Shown: piece by piece, positions 17,579 through 27,390 of the stretch
How the letters are laid out: each line of letters starts with the position of its first letter
Numbering within the stretch: the first letter of the stretch is position 1
Assembly: GCA_947379965.1 (NCBI GenBank)
Contig: CANCPC010000003.1
Span: 21,153-85,152, forward strand
Length of the DNA stretch: 64,000 nt
Origin: Flavobacteriaceae bacterium
Lineage (GTDB): Bacteria > Bacteroidota > Bacteroidia > Flavobacteriales > Flavobacteriaceae
Reading direction: 5' to 3'
The notes under the pieces: generated by a model
Database searches by the model: none
Seen by the model: only the letters and a program-made list of their open reading frames with translations
Told to the model about the DNA's origin: nothing
Program-made: the position numbers and the translations under genes

Positions 17579-17929
17579 CTAAATTTCTTTTTTAACAAGC
17601 ATATAATAGTCGTCTTCAAGAAGGCGATACCCTTGATCATATACAAAACAGTAGGTATTTCCGGTTTTTGTTTGCAAAATATTGGTTAAAAACTCAAAAT
17701 CAAAACCCTTACTCAATAGTTTTGTGCGTGTAGTTTTGCCTTTTCCATCAACATTCAATGCCGAAAGAATGCGGTAATTCTTGCGCAACTTATTGTTTAC
17801 GTTGCGCATAAAATTGGTACTGTCTTTATTTATTTTGTTGTTATACCCATTACGACACCCGTCACTGCAGAACTTTTTGTCCTCGCGACCTACAATTTTG
17901 TCTCCGCATTCTAGGCAGTTTTTGTCCAT
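17579..17929 (-). CDS. Conserved Zn-ribbon protein (DUF2116-like), possible DNA-binding regulator
   Basis: CLECG...KKFCSDGCR followed by basic helix NNKLRKNYRIL. Confidence 0.75.
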   Translation of the reverse strand: MDKNCLECGDKIVGREDKKFCSDGCRNGYNNKINKDSTNFMRNVNNKLRKNYRILSALNVDGKGKTTRTKLLSKGFDFEFLTNILQTKTGNTYCFVYDQGYRLLEDDYYMLVKKEI

Positions 17930-17943
17930 AATTTTATTTTTTT

Positions 17944-18037
17944 AGGAGCGAAATAATAGTACTTTTCTGTTCTAATCGTTCCTGCTCTTACCTTTATCTC
18001 TTCACTTCGTTAAGAGGATATCGGCTTGATTAGGGCT
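17944..18037. repeat. Degenerate structured intergenic repeat
   Basis: aggagc...cctgctc...tatctctt-loop-aagaggata...tagggct; resembles a dispersed Flavobacteriaceae repeat (from recall). Confidence 0.4.
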
Positions 18038-18116
18038 ACTCACAATCAGTATTTTGTATTTTTAAACTACAAGTTAAATATTTATAATTCAATCAAATAT
18101 AAACAAAATTTCCCAC

Positions 18117-18168
18117 TTACAAACGTTTACAAATAGTTACAACCGAAAGTAAATAGTTATTAACCGAA
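18117..18168 (+). promoter_or_regulatory. 10-bp-phased direct repeats upstream of ssb
   Basis: ttacaaacgt/ttacaaatag/ttacaaccga/aagtaaatag/ttattaaccgaa. Confidence 0.6.
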
Positions 18169-18255
18169 TAATCTTTTGGTTCTGTCTCATCTTTGCCATG
18201 TTGATTGAAACGAATCCTTCAACAAACATATACTAACAATTTAAATTTATACGCC

Positions 18256-18588
18256 ATGAATGCATTAAGAAACAAAGTACAGTTAATTGGACATGTAGGA
18301 AACGATCCAGAAATCAAAAACCTTGAAGGAGGAAAAAAAGTAGCTAATTTGACTATCGCCACAAACGATAGCTATAAAAACGAAAAAGGCGAAAAAGTAG
18401 AACAAACCGAATGGCACAAAGTTGTTGCTTGGGGAAAAACTGCCGAAATCATAGAAAAATACGTAACCAAAGGCAAAGAAATAGCCATTGAAGGAAAACT
18501 AACCCACAGAAGTTATGACGATAAAAATGGTGAAAAACGATACATTACCGAAGTTGTAGCTAATGACATTCTTTTATTAGGAAAATAA
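18256..18588 (+). CDS. ssb: Single-stranded DNA-binding protein, short form without acidic tail
   Basis: NKVQLIGHVGNDPE, TEWHKVVAWGK, EGKL OB-fold; ends at DILLLGK. Confidence 0.95.
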   Translation: MNALRNKVQLIGHVGNDPEIKNLEGGKKVANLTIATNDSYKNEKGEKVEQTEWHKVVAWGKTAEIIEKYVTKGKEIAIEGKLTHRSYDDKNGEKRYITEVVANDILLLGK

Positions 18589-18603
18589 CAATACATACTA
18601 TTT

Positions 18604-18640
18604 AATAAGGGTTCCAATTTTTGGGAACCCTTATTTTTTT
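18604..18640 (+). terminator. Intrinsic terminator after ssb
   Basis: aataagggttcc...ggaacccttatt plus T tract. Confidence 0.85.
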
Positions 18641-18652
18641 ATTAAATACTAA

Positions 18653-18850
18653 ACCTGTTGAGTGTTATTAATAAAAAGTCTAACTAATTATACATTTTTA
18701 AGAATGATTCACCTAGAATCCTTTTAAAAAGAGTTACAGAGTCCAATCTTCGGTTAACATAACTAAGATATAAGCGTCTTCTAAAAACTAATAAAAATAT
18801 ATGTTTGTATATGTTTAAAACATAAATAAATTGAATTACACCCAACGGGT
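18653..18850. mobile_element. 198-bp MITE / internally deleted IS with TIRs and 10-bp target-site duplication
   Basis: TIRs acctgttgagtgttatt vs acccgttgggtgtaatt (14/17); flanks taaatactaa (18643-18652) and taaacactaa (18851-18860). Confidence 0.72.
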
Positions 18851-18866
18851 TAAACACTAAAATTGA

Positions 18867-19553
18867 TTATAATAATCTCTTAATTACATCTGTCATTTTT
18901 TCGAAGGCATAAAAATTATCGTGTTTTACTTCGTAATCAATTCTTTCGTGCGCCCAAGTGGTGTGAAACGGAATATGTACGGCGTGTCCGCCAATGGCTA
19001 AAACCGGCAAAACATCCGATTTCAGGGAGTTTCCAATCATAAAAAACTCTGATGGTTGAATCTCCAAACGTTTTATCAAATCCGAATAATCTTTTTCTTG
19101 CTTGTCTGCCATAACTTCAATATGGTGAAAAAAATGCCCCAAACCCGAATCATGTAACTTCCTGCGTTGGTCTAATAAATCGCCTTTGGTGGCAACAACC
19201 AATTTGTATTTGGAGTGTAAAGCTTGCAAAGTTTCTTCAACACCGTCTAATAAAACAATAGGTTTCTCAAGTAATTCTTTCCCGTATTCAATGATTTTTT
19301 CAATAATTTCGACAGGAATTGTATTGTTTGAAATCTTCATCGCCGCCTCAATCATCGAAAGAATATAGGCTTTGATTCCGTATCCGTAGATTTTCAAATT
19401 ATCGATTTCGACCTTAAAAAGCTCTTGCGAAATTCCTTGATGCGACAAATAATCTTCCATCAAACCACAGAATTTTTGTTCCGTTTCCTGAAAATAAGGT
19501 TCATTGATAAACAAGGTATCATCAGCGTCGAAAGCAATTACTTTTAGGTTCAT
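18867..19553 (-). CDS. HAD family hydrolase
   Basis: FDADDTL motif I; VATKGD; MIGNSLKSD. Confidence 0.92.
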   Translation of the reverse strand: MNLKVIAFDADDTLFINEPYFQETEQKFCGLMEDYLSHQGISQELFKVEIDNLKIYGYGIKAYILSMIEAAMKISNNTIPVEIIEKIIEYGKELLEKPIVLLDGVEETLQALHSKYKLVVATKGDLLDQRRKLHDSGLGHFFHHIEVMADKQEKDYSDLIKRLEIQPSEFFMIGNSLKSDVLPVLAIGGHAVHIPFHTTWAHERIDYEVKHDNFYAFEKMTDVIKRLL

Positions 19554-19567
19554 TTGTTATTTTTTTA

Positions 19568-19625
19568 AACACAAATTTCACAGATTTACACAAATTAATC
19601 TGTGCTAATCTGTGAAATCCGTGTT
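19568..19625. repeat. REP-like hairpin built from ~9-nt CACAGATT units
   Basis: aacacaaatttcacagatttacacaaatt / aatctgtgctaatctgtgaaatccgtgtt, 24/29 complementary. Confidence 0.8.
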
Positions 19626-19633
19626 AGTATTAT

Positions 19634-21694
19634 TTAATTTATCGTTTCGCCATTCGCAACGCCATCCGAATCAGGATTTACGAAAGCCAGTTTTCCTTCG
19701 GCATTTGTAGTCATCAAAATCATTCCTTGACTTTCTACACCACGAAGGTTTCTTGGAGCTAAATTCACTAAAACAGTCACGCGTTTTCCAACGATTTCTT
19801 CGGGCGAAAAACTCTCAGCAATTCCTGAAACTATGGTGCGAACGTCAATTCCTGTATCGACTTTTAAAATTAAAAGCTTGTTCGCTTTTGGCATTTTTTC
19901 GGCTTCTAGAATCGTTCCTACTCGCAAATCCATTTTGGAGAAATCATCAAACTGAATCAATTCTTTTTGTGGTTCGGCCACTTTGTTTTCTGCGATATTG
20001 GCGGTTTTTGTAGCTTCTAATTTATCTATTTGTTTTTGAATTTCTTCATCTTCAATTTTGGCAAAAAGCAATTCGGCTTCCCCAATTTGATGTCCGGCAG
20101 GAATCAAATCTGAAAAATCTGCAACTGTTTTCCAACCTATTTTTTCTCCAATATTTAAAATTCTTGACAATTTTGTAGCAGTAAATGGCAAGAAAGGTTC
20201 GCAAAGTGAACTCAAAGCAGCGGCAATTTGCAAAGCCACGTACATTTGGGTTTGTACACGAGCTGGATTTGTTTTTATCATTTTCCAAGGCTCTTCGTCA
20301 GCCAAATATTTGTTTCCCAAACGGGCAACATTCATCAATTCGCCCAAAGCTTCACGGAATCGATACCGTTCCAAAGAACTCGAAATCACAGCTGGATACG
20401 CTTTCAATTCGGTCAATGTAGCCTCATCCACTTCAGAAAGTGCGTTCGGACTTGGAACAATTCCTTCGTAATATTTATTGGTTAAAACCACCACACGATT
20501 GATAAAGTTTCCAAAAATTGCCACTAGTTCATTATTGTTTCTAGCCTGAAAATCTTTCCAAGTAAAATCATTATCCTTGGTTTCTGGCGCATTCGATGTC
20601 AACGCATAACGCAAAACATCTTGCTGATTCGGAAATTCTTCCAAATATTCGTGCAACCAAACCGCCCAGTTTTTTGACGTAGATAATTTATTTCCTTCCA
20701 AGTTCAAGAACTCATTGGCAGGAACGTTATCCGGCAAAATATAACTTCCTTCGGCTTTCAACATCGCCGGAAAAATGATGCAATGAAAAACAATATTGTC
20801 TTTCCCAATAAAATGAACCAGTTTTGTATCTTGATCTTTCCAGTAAGGTTCCCAATCTTTTCCTTCTCTCGTCGCCCATTCTTTCGATGATGAAATATAG
20901 CCAATTGGGGCGTCAAACCACACATATAATTTTTTTCCTTCGGCACCTTCAACCGGAACATCAATTCCCCAATCCAAGTCACGAGTTACTGCGCGAGGTT
21001 CCAATCCGCCGTCAATCCAAGATTTTACTTGTCCGTAAACATTGGGTTTCCAGTCATTTTTATGTCCAACGAGAATCCATTCTTTCAAGAAATCTTCGTA
21101 ACGGTCCAAAGGCAAAAACCAATGTTTCGTCGATTTCAAAATAGGCGTTTCTCCTGTAATTGTCGATTTTGGATTAATCAAATCCGTCGCGTTCAATGTC
21201 GAGCCACATTTTTCGCATTGGTCACCGTAAGCTTCTTCGTTGCCGCATTTAGGGCAAGTTCCAACAACAAAACGATCTGCCAAAAATTGATCTGCTTTTG
21301 CATCATATAATTGCTCGGTCACTTCCTCGATAAAATCACCTTTTTCATACAGTGTCTTGAAAAATTCCGAAGCCGTATCATGATGAATTTTAGCCGAAGT
21401 TCTGGAGTAATTATCAAACGAAATTCCAAAATCCGAGAACGATTTTCGGATAATTCCATCATATTTATCAATTATTTCCTGAGGCGTAACCCCTTCTTTT
21501 TTGGCTTTCATCGAAATCGCCACGCCATGTTCGTCGCTTCCACAAACAAACAAAACGTCTCTTCCTTGCAATCTTAAATAACGAGAATAAATATCTGAAG
21601 GCACGTAAACACCCGCCAAATGCCCAATATGAATGGGTCCGTTTGTGTAGGGTAACGCCGCCGTGATAGTATATCTTTTTGGATTCAGTATCAT
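19634..21694 (-). CDS. metG: Methionine--tRNA ligase
   Basis: [19 protein letters not shown] zinc knuckle, KLSTS, C-terminal tRNA-binding domain. Confidence 0.98.
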   Translation of the reverse strand: MILNPKRYTITAALPYTNGPIHIGHLAGVYVPSDIYSRYLRLQGRDVLFVCGSDEHGVAISMKAKKEGVTPQEIIDKYDGIIRKSFSDFGISFDNYSRTSAKIHHDTASEFFKTLYEKGDFIEEVTEQLYDAKADQFLADRFVVGTCPKCGNEEAYGDQCEKCGSTLNATDLINPKSTITGETPILKSTKHWFLPLDRYEDFLKEWILVGHKNDWKPNVYGQVKSWIDGGLEPRAVTRDLDWGIDVPVEGAEGKKLYVWFDAPIGYISSSKEWATREGKDWEPYWKDQDTKLVHFIGKDNIVFHCIIFPAMLKAEGSYILPDNVPANEFLNLEGNKLSTSKNWAVWLHEYLEEFPNQQDVLRYALTSNAPETKDNDFTWKDFQARNNNELVAIFGNFINRVVVLTNKYYEGIVPSPNALSEVDEATLTELKAYPAVISSSLERYRFREALGELMNVARLGNKYLADEEPWKMIKTNPARVQTQMYVALQIAAALSSLCEPFLPFTATKLSRILNIGEKIGWKTVADFSDLIPAGHQIGEAELLFAKIEDEEIQKQIDKLEATKTANIAENKVAEPQKELIQFDDFSKMDLRVGTILEAEKMPKANKLLILKVDTGIDVRTIVSGIAESFSPEEIVGKRVTVLVNLAPRNLRGVESQGMILMTTNAEGKLAFVNPDSDGVANGETIN

Positions 21695-22098
21695 AATAGA
21701 ATTTAGTGAAATGCAAAAATAAGATTTTTTATCATAGCGACAACTTGCGCATTGACTGTTCTTTATAATGGCTATGATTTGTTTGAGTCTAATTTTGATT
21801 GGATGAATTTTAGATAAAAAATTTAGGGGTAAATAATAATTGATTAATTATCTTACTAATTTTAAAGTAGACTCTTTTTGTTTTTTAACAATTTAATAAT
21901 TATTAGAAAATCAAAGTTTTACAGAGCCCTACTACCTTTGTCATCATTAAAAAATATATTTAAACCCGTCTTTTGGCTCAATCTTAAATGGTATTCCAAA
22001 ACAAAGCGTTTGATTTTTTTATTTTTATTACCAATTAATCAATTTTTTTTTATTTTTGAAAAATTTTAAGAATAAAAACAAGAATTAATAAATTTATA

Positions 22099-22497
22099 AT
22101 GCCTAAAACTAACAAACTGAAATCTGCTTCTTTAGAAGATTCAATATTGAAAATTGAAACAAAATCCGGAGAAACTACCGAGATTTCGGTTAAAGCAGTT
22201 ACTAAAGTATATATTAAAAAAGCAAATGTTCCTTTTTACTATTGGTTATTGTTTTTTTTACTTTTGGCTTTGATTTGCGTAGTCGCGTATTTTTTTATTG
22301 ATTCGAAACTCTCTGTTTTTATTTTTATTTTGCTGTTTTTTTATTTTAACAAGAAAGATTTTAGTCGTAAATCCTATAATTTTGTTGTTGAATTTAATGA
22401 TAAGAAAACGTATTCAGCTAAAATTCCTTATTCTATGAAGGAAGAAATTAAAAGTTTGATTTGGAATATACGTGCTATTCTAATTTTAAACACATAA
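22099..22497 (+). CDS. Hypothetical two-TM membrane protein, very AT-rich
   Basis: 132-aa ORF with central hydrophobic hairpin and A-rich leader. Confidence 0.6.
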   Translation: MPKTNKLKSASLEDSILKIETKSGETTEISVKAVTKVYIKKANVPFYYWLLFFLLLALICVVAYFFIDSKLSVFIFILLFFYFNKKDFSRKSYNFVVEFNDKKTYSAKIPYSMKEEIKSLIWNIRAILILNT

Positions 22498-22580
22498 TTT
22501 TTTATTAAAATCCTATACCTCTTTTAACTTTCTTGTTCATTTAAGTTTTAATTTGTTTAACTAAAATTGGCTTATAATAG

Positions 22581-22751
22581 TTAACCTCAATTCGAGATTC
22601 CGTTTCCAACACTTTTTTTGAAATAGACGAAAATCTTGTTACTTTGAACATTAATTTTCTAAAAACCCATCCCGATTTCAAAGTGCTTTCCGTTGATGAT
22701 AGGTTTGCCACTTTGGAAGAATTCATAGGTCACGAGATTAAAAGAGAGTAG
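22581..22751 (+). pseudogene. Probable 3' remnant of an unidentified gene
   Basis: 56 open codons (LTSIRDSVSNTFFEIDENLVTLNINFLKTHPDFKVLSVDDRFATLEEFIGHEIKRE*), no ATG, preceded by in-frame taa tag; GC higher than flanks. Confidence 0.35.
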
Positions 22752-22896
22752 CTATTTATTTCACAAAGACATTTTTTTTAAATTAGTTTCACAGAATCAC
22801 GAAGAAATTTCACAAAGACCCACAAATAATTTTTTATATATCTTAAAAAACTTCGTGAATCTTTGTGTCTCTTTAGTGAATCTTAGCGAAATAGCT
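22750..22896. repeat. Degenerate REP-like inverted repeat of CACAAAG/CTTTGTG units
   Basis: agctattt...cacaaaga...cacaaagacccacaaa / cttcgtgaatctttgtg...ctttagtgaat...aaatagct. Confidence 0.65.
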
Positions 22897-22985
22897 TTTC
22901 CCCAAAAATTTTGTCTGATTTCTATCAAACATTTCCTTAAATTTGCTTCCGTTATTATTAAAGTTAGCCTTAAAAAAATCAAGCT

Positions 22986-24257
22986 ATGTTACAAATTGCA
23001 TTTATTAGAGAGAATCAAGAAAAAGTAATCAAGGCTTTGGCCAAAAGAAATATGGATGCTACCGCTATAGTTCAAGAAGTGGTACAACTAGATGAAAGAC
23101 GTCGCGCTACGCAAGTGGAATTGGACAACATTTTATCCGAATCTAATAAATTGTCGAAAGACATAGGCGAATTGATGAAAGGTGGCGAAAAAGCAAAAGC
23201 CGCAATCCTCAAAGAAAAAACGGTTTTGTTGAAAGAAAAAAGCAAAGCTTTGGCCGAAACTGCAGATCAATTGGCTGCTGAACTTTTAGAAAAATTATAT
23301 ACTTTACCCAATCTTCCCGCTGATATTGTTCCCGAAGGAAAAACACCGGAGGAAAATTTAAACATTTTTGAGGAAGGCGATATCCCAGTTTTGCACGAAG
23401 GAGCGCAACCACATTGGGAATTAGTAAAAAAATACGACATCATCGATTTCGAATTAGGAAATAAAATTACCGGTGCAGGATTTCCGGTTTACAAAGGAAA
23501 AGGAGCCAAATTACAACGTGCCTTAATCAATTATTTTTTAGATAAAAATACGGCTGCAGGTTACAATGAAGTTCAGGTTCCGCATATGGTCAACGAAGCT
23601 TCGGCTTATGGAACAGGACAATTGCCAGACAAAGAAGGGCAAATGTACCACGACGCCACCGATAATTTATATTTGATTCCAACGGCCGAAGTTCCGGTAA
23701 CGAATTTATTTCGTGACGTGATTTTGAACGAAAATGAATTACCGGTTTTAACAACCGCTTATACGCCTTGTTTCCGTCGTGAAGCCGGTTCTTATGGCGC
23801 TCACGTTCGTGGATTGAACCGTTTGCACCAATTTGACAAAGTAGAAATCGTGCGCGTGGAGCATCCTGATAAATCGTATGAAGCTTTAGAAGGAATGGTA
23901 GAACACGTAAAAAGTATTTTGCAAGAATTGAAATTACCGTATCGGATTTTGCGTCTTTGTGGTGGCGATATGGGTTTTACATCCGCGTTGACGTATGATT
24001 TTGAAGTGTATTCTACGGCGCAAGAGCGTTGGTTAGAAATTAGTTCGGTTTCTAATTTTGAGACTTTTCAAGCGAATCGTCTAAAATTGCGTTTCAAGGA
24101 TAAAGACGGAAAAAACCAATTGGCACACACCTTAAACGGAAGTTCTTTGGCTTTGCCAAGAGTTCTAGCAGGAATTTTAGAAAATTACCAAACACCTGAA
24201 GGTATTGTTATTCCAGAGGTCTTGCGTGGCTTTTGTGGCTTTGATATTATTGATTAA
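22986..24257 (+). CDS. serS: Serine--tRNA ligase
   Basis: N-terminal coiled coil; LIPTAEVP, CFRREAGSYG, RLHQFDKVE, EISSVSN, HTLNGSSLA. Confidence 0.98.
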   Translation: MLQIAFIRENQEKVIKALAKRNMDATAIVQEVVQLDERRRATQVELDNILSESNKLSKDIGELMKGGEKAKAAILKEKTVLLKEKSKALAETADQLAAELLEKLYTLPNLPADIVPEGKTPEENLNIFEEGDIPVLHEGAQPHWELVKKYDIIDFELGNKITGAGFPVYKGKGAKLQRALINYFLDKNTAAGYNEVQVPHMVNEASAYGTGQLPDKEGQMYHDATDNLYLIPTAEVPVTNLFRDVILNENELPVLTTAYTPCFRREAGSYGAHVRGLNRLHQFDKVEIVRVEHPDKSYEALEGMVEHVKSILQELKLPYRILRLCGGDMGFTSALTYDFEVYSTAQERWLEISSVSNFETFQANRLKLRFKDKDGKNQLAHTLNGSSLALPRVLAGILENYQTPEGIVIPEVLRGFCGFDIID

Positions 24258-24265
24258 AAATTCAC

Positions 24266-24383
24266 CATATAAGGCATTTAAGGTCATATAAGTGTTTGTA
24301 ATAATTAATAAACTATTATAAAACTTCTTTTTTCGACGAAAGGAGAAAAAGAAAAACTTATTTGACCTTAAATGCATTATATG
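24266..24383. repeat. REP-like inverted repeat of CATATAAG units
   Basis: Arms 24266-24293 and 24356-24383 are 26/28 complementary. Confidence 0.85.
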
Positions 24384-24393
24384 TTTCAAAACA

Positions 24394-26172
24394 ATGAAAA
24401 AACTCTTTCTACATATCGCCTTGTTTTTTTCATTAGTTTGTTTTTCGCAAAACGAGCAATTGGCGCAATATTATTTTGAAAAAGGTGATTTTGAAAAAGC
24501 TAAAATCAGTTTCGAAGAATTACTAAAAGCTATACCACAAAATGCCCAATATTTTCAAAGAACGGTAGATTGTTACCAGCAATTACGTCAATATGATGTT
24601 GCCGAAAAAGCAATCAAAGAGCGTTTAGACAAATACAAACAAGCCAATCTTTTGGTCGAATTGGGTTATAATTTCCAGCTGCAGAAAAAGGATGATTCTG
24701 CCAAAAAGCACTATGACGAAGCTATAGACCGAATCAAGAAAAACCCAAACGAAGTATATAGCATTTCTAATTCTTTTGAGAAAAAAGTGCTGATTGATTA
24801 TGCTTTAAAATCGTATCAAACCGCCTTGGCATTAGTGCCAACGTTTAATTTTAATTATCAAATGGCGTTGCTTTACGGACAATTGGGCAATACCGAAATG
24901 ATGACTTCCACTTTCCTCGACGAAGCATTTGCTAATCCACAAAATTCGATACAAATACAAAATCAGTTGGCTATTTTTATGGTCGATAAAGGCGATGAAA
25001 GTTTTAGTGAAACTTTAAGGAAGGCATTAATTACAAGAGCGCAGAAAAATCAAGATGTTTTTTGGAACCATTATTTGAGTTGGTTTTATTTACAACAAAA
25101 AGAGTTTAGCAAGGCTTTTATCCAAGAAAAATCGATCTATAAACGCAATCCTGAATCGCTTTCGAGCATCGTAAATTTAGGGCAACTCGCTATTGAAGAT
25201 GATGATCAAGAAGCTGCAAAGGAAATTTTAGGATTTGTATTAGAAAACACCAAAGATTTGCAACTCCTAATTCAAGCCAATTCCTATTTGTTGAAAATGA
25301 AAATTGAAAAGGCGCAAGAAAAAGATTTCTTAGCTATCAACACCGAATTATCCGTTTTATTGAAGCAATATGAAATAAGTCCATTTACGTTATCTTTACA
25401 ACTTATTCAGGCCCATTTTGTGGCATTTAATTTACGAAAACCGGAGGAAGGTAAAGCAATAGTTAAGAAAGCACTCGAAATGCATTTGAATGATTTTGAT
25501 GTGGCTAAGGCCAAAATGGAGTTAGCGGATATTTTGCTTTACGAAGAAAAATACAATCAGGCTTTGCTTTATTATTCGCAAATTGAAGAAAATTTAAAGA
25601 ACGATGAGGTAGCTCATGAAGCCAGTTTGAAAGCGGCCAAAACGAGTTATTTTCAAGGTGATTTTGTTTGGGCCTTGAAACAATTTAAGGAATTGAAAGC
25701 TGCTACTTCTGAATTGACAGCCAATGATGCCATGGAATATTTCCTTTTGATCAATGATAATACCGTCGCCGATTCGACTCAAACAGCCTTGAAACAATTT
25801 GCCAAAGGCGATTATCTTTTATATCAAAAAAGGAATCAAGAAGCGATTGTACATTTTCAATCAATTTTGAAAAATTTTAAAGGACAGGAAATAGAAGCGG
25901 TAACATTGTTACGTTTAGGTAAGATTTACGAAAATTTTGGGGATTATCATTCGGCTTTAAGCCAATATCAAGAAATTATTAATCATCATGCAGACGGAAT
26001 TTATATTGACGAAGCATTGTATTTTTCGGCTGAAATAGAAAACAATAAATTACATGAACTCGAAAAAGCAAAACCGCTTTACGAGAAAATAATTATGAAT
26101 CATCAAGACAGTATTTACTTTGTTGATGCAAGAAAAAAATATAGGCAATTGCGCGGCGATAAAGAACTGTAG
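24394..26172 (+). CDS. Tetratricopeptide repeat protein, exported
   Basis: Signal peptide and multiple TPR-like helical repeats. Confidence 0.88.
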   Translation: MKKLFLHIALFFSLVCFSQNEQLAQYYFEKGDFEKAKISFEELLKAIPQNAQYFQRTVDCYQQLRQYDVAEKAIKERLDKYKQANLLVELGYNFQLQKKDDSAKKHYDEAIDRIKKNPNEVYSISNSFEKKVLIDYALKSYQTALALVPTFNFNYQMALLYGQLGNTEMMTSTFLDEAFANPQNSIQIQNQLAIFMVDKGDESFSETLRKALITRAQKNQDVFWNHYLSWFYLQQKEFSKAFIQEKSIYKRNPESLSSIVNLGQLAIEDDDQEAAKEILGFVLENTKDLQLLIQANSYLLKMKIEKAQEKDFLAINTELSVLLKQYEISPFTLSLQLIQAHFVAFNLRKPEEGKAIVKKALEMHLNDFDVAKAKMELADILLYEEKYNQALLYYSQIEENLKNDEVAHEASLKAAKTSYFQGDFVWALKQFKELKAATSELTANDAMEYFLLINDNTVADSTQTALKQFAKGDYLLYQKRNQEAIVHFQSILKNFKGQEIEAVTLLRLGKIYENFGDYHSALSQYQEIINHHADGIYIDEALYFSAEIENNKLHELEKAKPLYEKIIMNHQDSIYFVDARKKYRQLRGDKEL

Positions 26173-26174
26173 CA

Positions 26175-26222
26175 GTTGATTTGGTTAATCGATTAACCAA
26201 ATCAACGATTAACCAAATTAAC
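26175..26222. repeat. Perfect 32-bp palindrome plus a tandem extra half-site
   Basis: gttgatttggttaatc|gattaaccaaatcaac followed by gattaaccaaattaac. Confidence 0.9.
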
Positions 26223-26226
26223 GAAA

Positions 26227-26538
26227 ATGATTATTTATAACGTTACCACAAACATACACGAAAGCGTTCATGATAAATGGATGATTTGGATGCAACACAA
26301 ACATATTCCTGAAGTTTTAGCTACAGGAAAATTCTCATCGGCACGAATGGTGAGGGTTTTAATTGAGGAAGATATGGGAGGAACAACGTATTCTGTTCAA
26401 TATACAACCGATAGCAAAGTAACTTTGGATAAATATTATCAAGAAGATGCGCCAAAATTGCGTGAAGAAGGATTGAAATTATTTGGCGATAAAATGCTGA
26501 CTTTTAGGACAGAACTGGAATTGATAAGTGAACATTAA
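26227..26538 (+). CDS. DUF4286 family protein
   Basis: MIIYNVT...WM..KHIPEVLATGKF...TYSVQY. Confidence 0.88.
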   Translation: MIIYNVTTNIHESVHDKWMIWMQHKHIPEVLATGKFSSARMVRVLIEEDMGGTTYSVQYTTDSKVTLDKYYQEDAPKLREEGLKLFGDKMLTFRTELELISEH

Positions 26539-26543
26539 AAGCA

Positions 26544-26607
26544 CTTTGCGCCTTCGTGGCAAAATAAATTTAAAAATACGTGAGATAGCTTCGTGCCTCT
26601 CAATGAC
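26544..26607. repeat. Two REP half-site remnants
   Basis: ctttgcgccttcgtggca and gagatagcttcgtgcctctcaatgac; the latter ends in AATGAC like the right arm of 40867-40938. Confidence 0.5.
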
Positions 26608-26610
26608 TAA

Positions 26611-27390
26611 ATGGAAAAAGTAAAAGCAAAAAAACACCTCGGACAACATTTCTTAAAAGACGAAAGCATCGCCAAAGCAATTGCTGATACTTTGAATCTA
26701 GAAGGTTACGATGATGTTTTAGAAATAGGTCCAGGAATGGGAGTTTTGACAAAGTATTTATTAGAGAAACCAATTCATACTTATGTTATTGAAATTGACA
26801 CAGAATCAGTTACGTATTTAGATGAAAATTATCCAAAATTGAATGATAAGATTATTTCTAAGGATTTTTTGAAATACAATATAAATGAAGTTTTTGAAGG
26901 GAAACAATTCGCTATAATTGGAAATTTTCCCTATAATATTTCGACACAAATCGTATTTAAAGCATTAGAATATAGGGATCAAATTCCTGAATTTGCAGGA
27001 ATGTTCCAGAAAGAAGTTGCGCAACGGATATGCGAAAAAAAGGGAACAAAGTCTTATGGGATTCTTTCGGTTCTAGTTCAGGCTTTTTACGATGCTGAAT
27101 ATTTGTTTACGGTCGACGAACACGTTTTTATTCCACCACCAAAAGTAAAATCGGGTGTTTTGCGTTTGCGAAGAAAAGAAAATTATAGCTTACCTTGCGG
27201 CGAAAAATTGTTTTTTACTGTTGTCAAAACTGCTTTTCAACAAAGACGGAAGACATTACGCAACAGTTTAAAAACATTAAATTTATCTGATAATTTGAGA
27301 GAAGACCTTATCTTTGACCTTAGGCCAGAACAATTGAATGTGGAGCAATTTATAGCAATTACCCAAAAAATAGAAGCGGATGGAATTTAA
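26611..27390 (+). CDS. rsmA: 16S rRNA (A1518/A1519) dimethyltransferase
   Basis: [41 protein letters not shown]. Confidence 0.97.
   Translation: MEKVKAKKHLGQHFLKDESIAKAIADTLNLEGYDDVLEIGPGMGVLTKYLLEKPIHTYVIEIDTESVTYLDENYPKLNDKIISKDFLKYNINEVFEGKQFAIIGNFPYNISTQIVFKALEYRDQIPEFAGMFQKEVAQRICEKKGTKSYGILSVLVQAFYDAEYLFTVDEHVFIPPPKVKSGVLRLRRKENYSLPCGEKLFFTVVKTAFQQRRKTLRNSLKTLNLSDNLREDLIFDLRPEQLNVEQFIAITQKIEADGI

Noticed and set aside
14568-18588. Prophage remnant suggested by ORF6N plus ssb
   Set aside because: The two genes are separated by a host M28 peptidase and there are no integrase, terminase or structural genes
22541-22726. 61-aa minus-strand ORF as a real gene
   Set aside because: No motif; the plus-strand frame over the same bases looks more protein-like
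21695-22985. T-box or SAM riboswitch upstream of metG or serS
   Set aside because: Both genes have -7 boxes within about 50 bp of the start codon and no T-box or S-box consensus is visible
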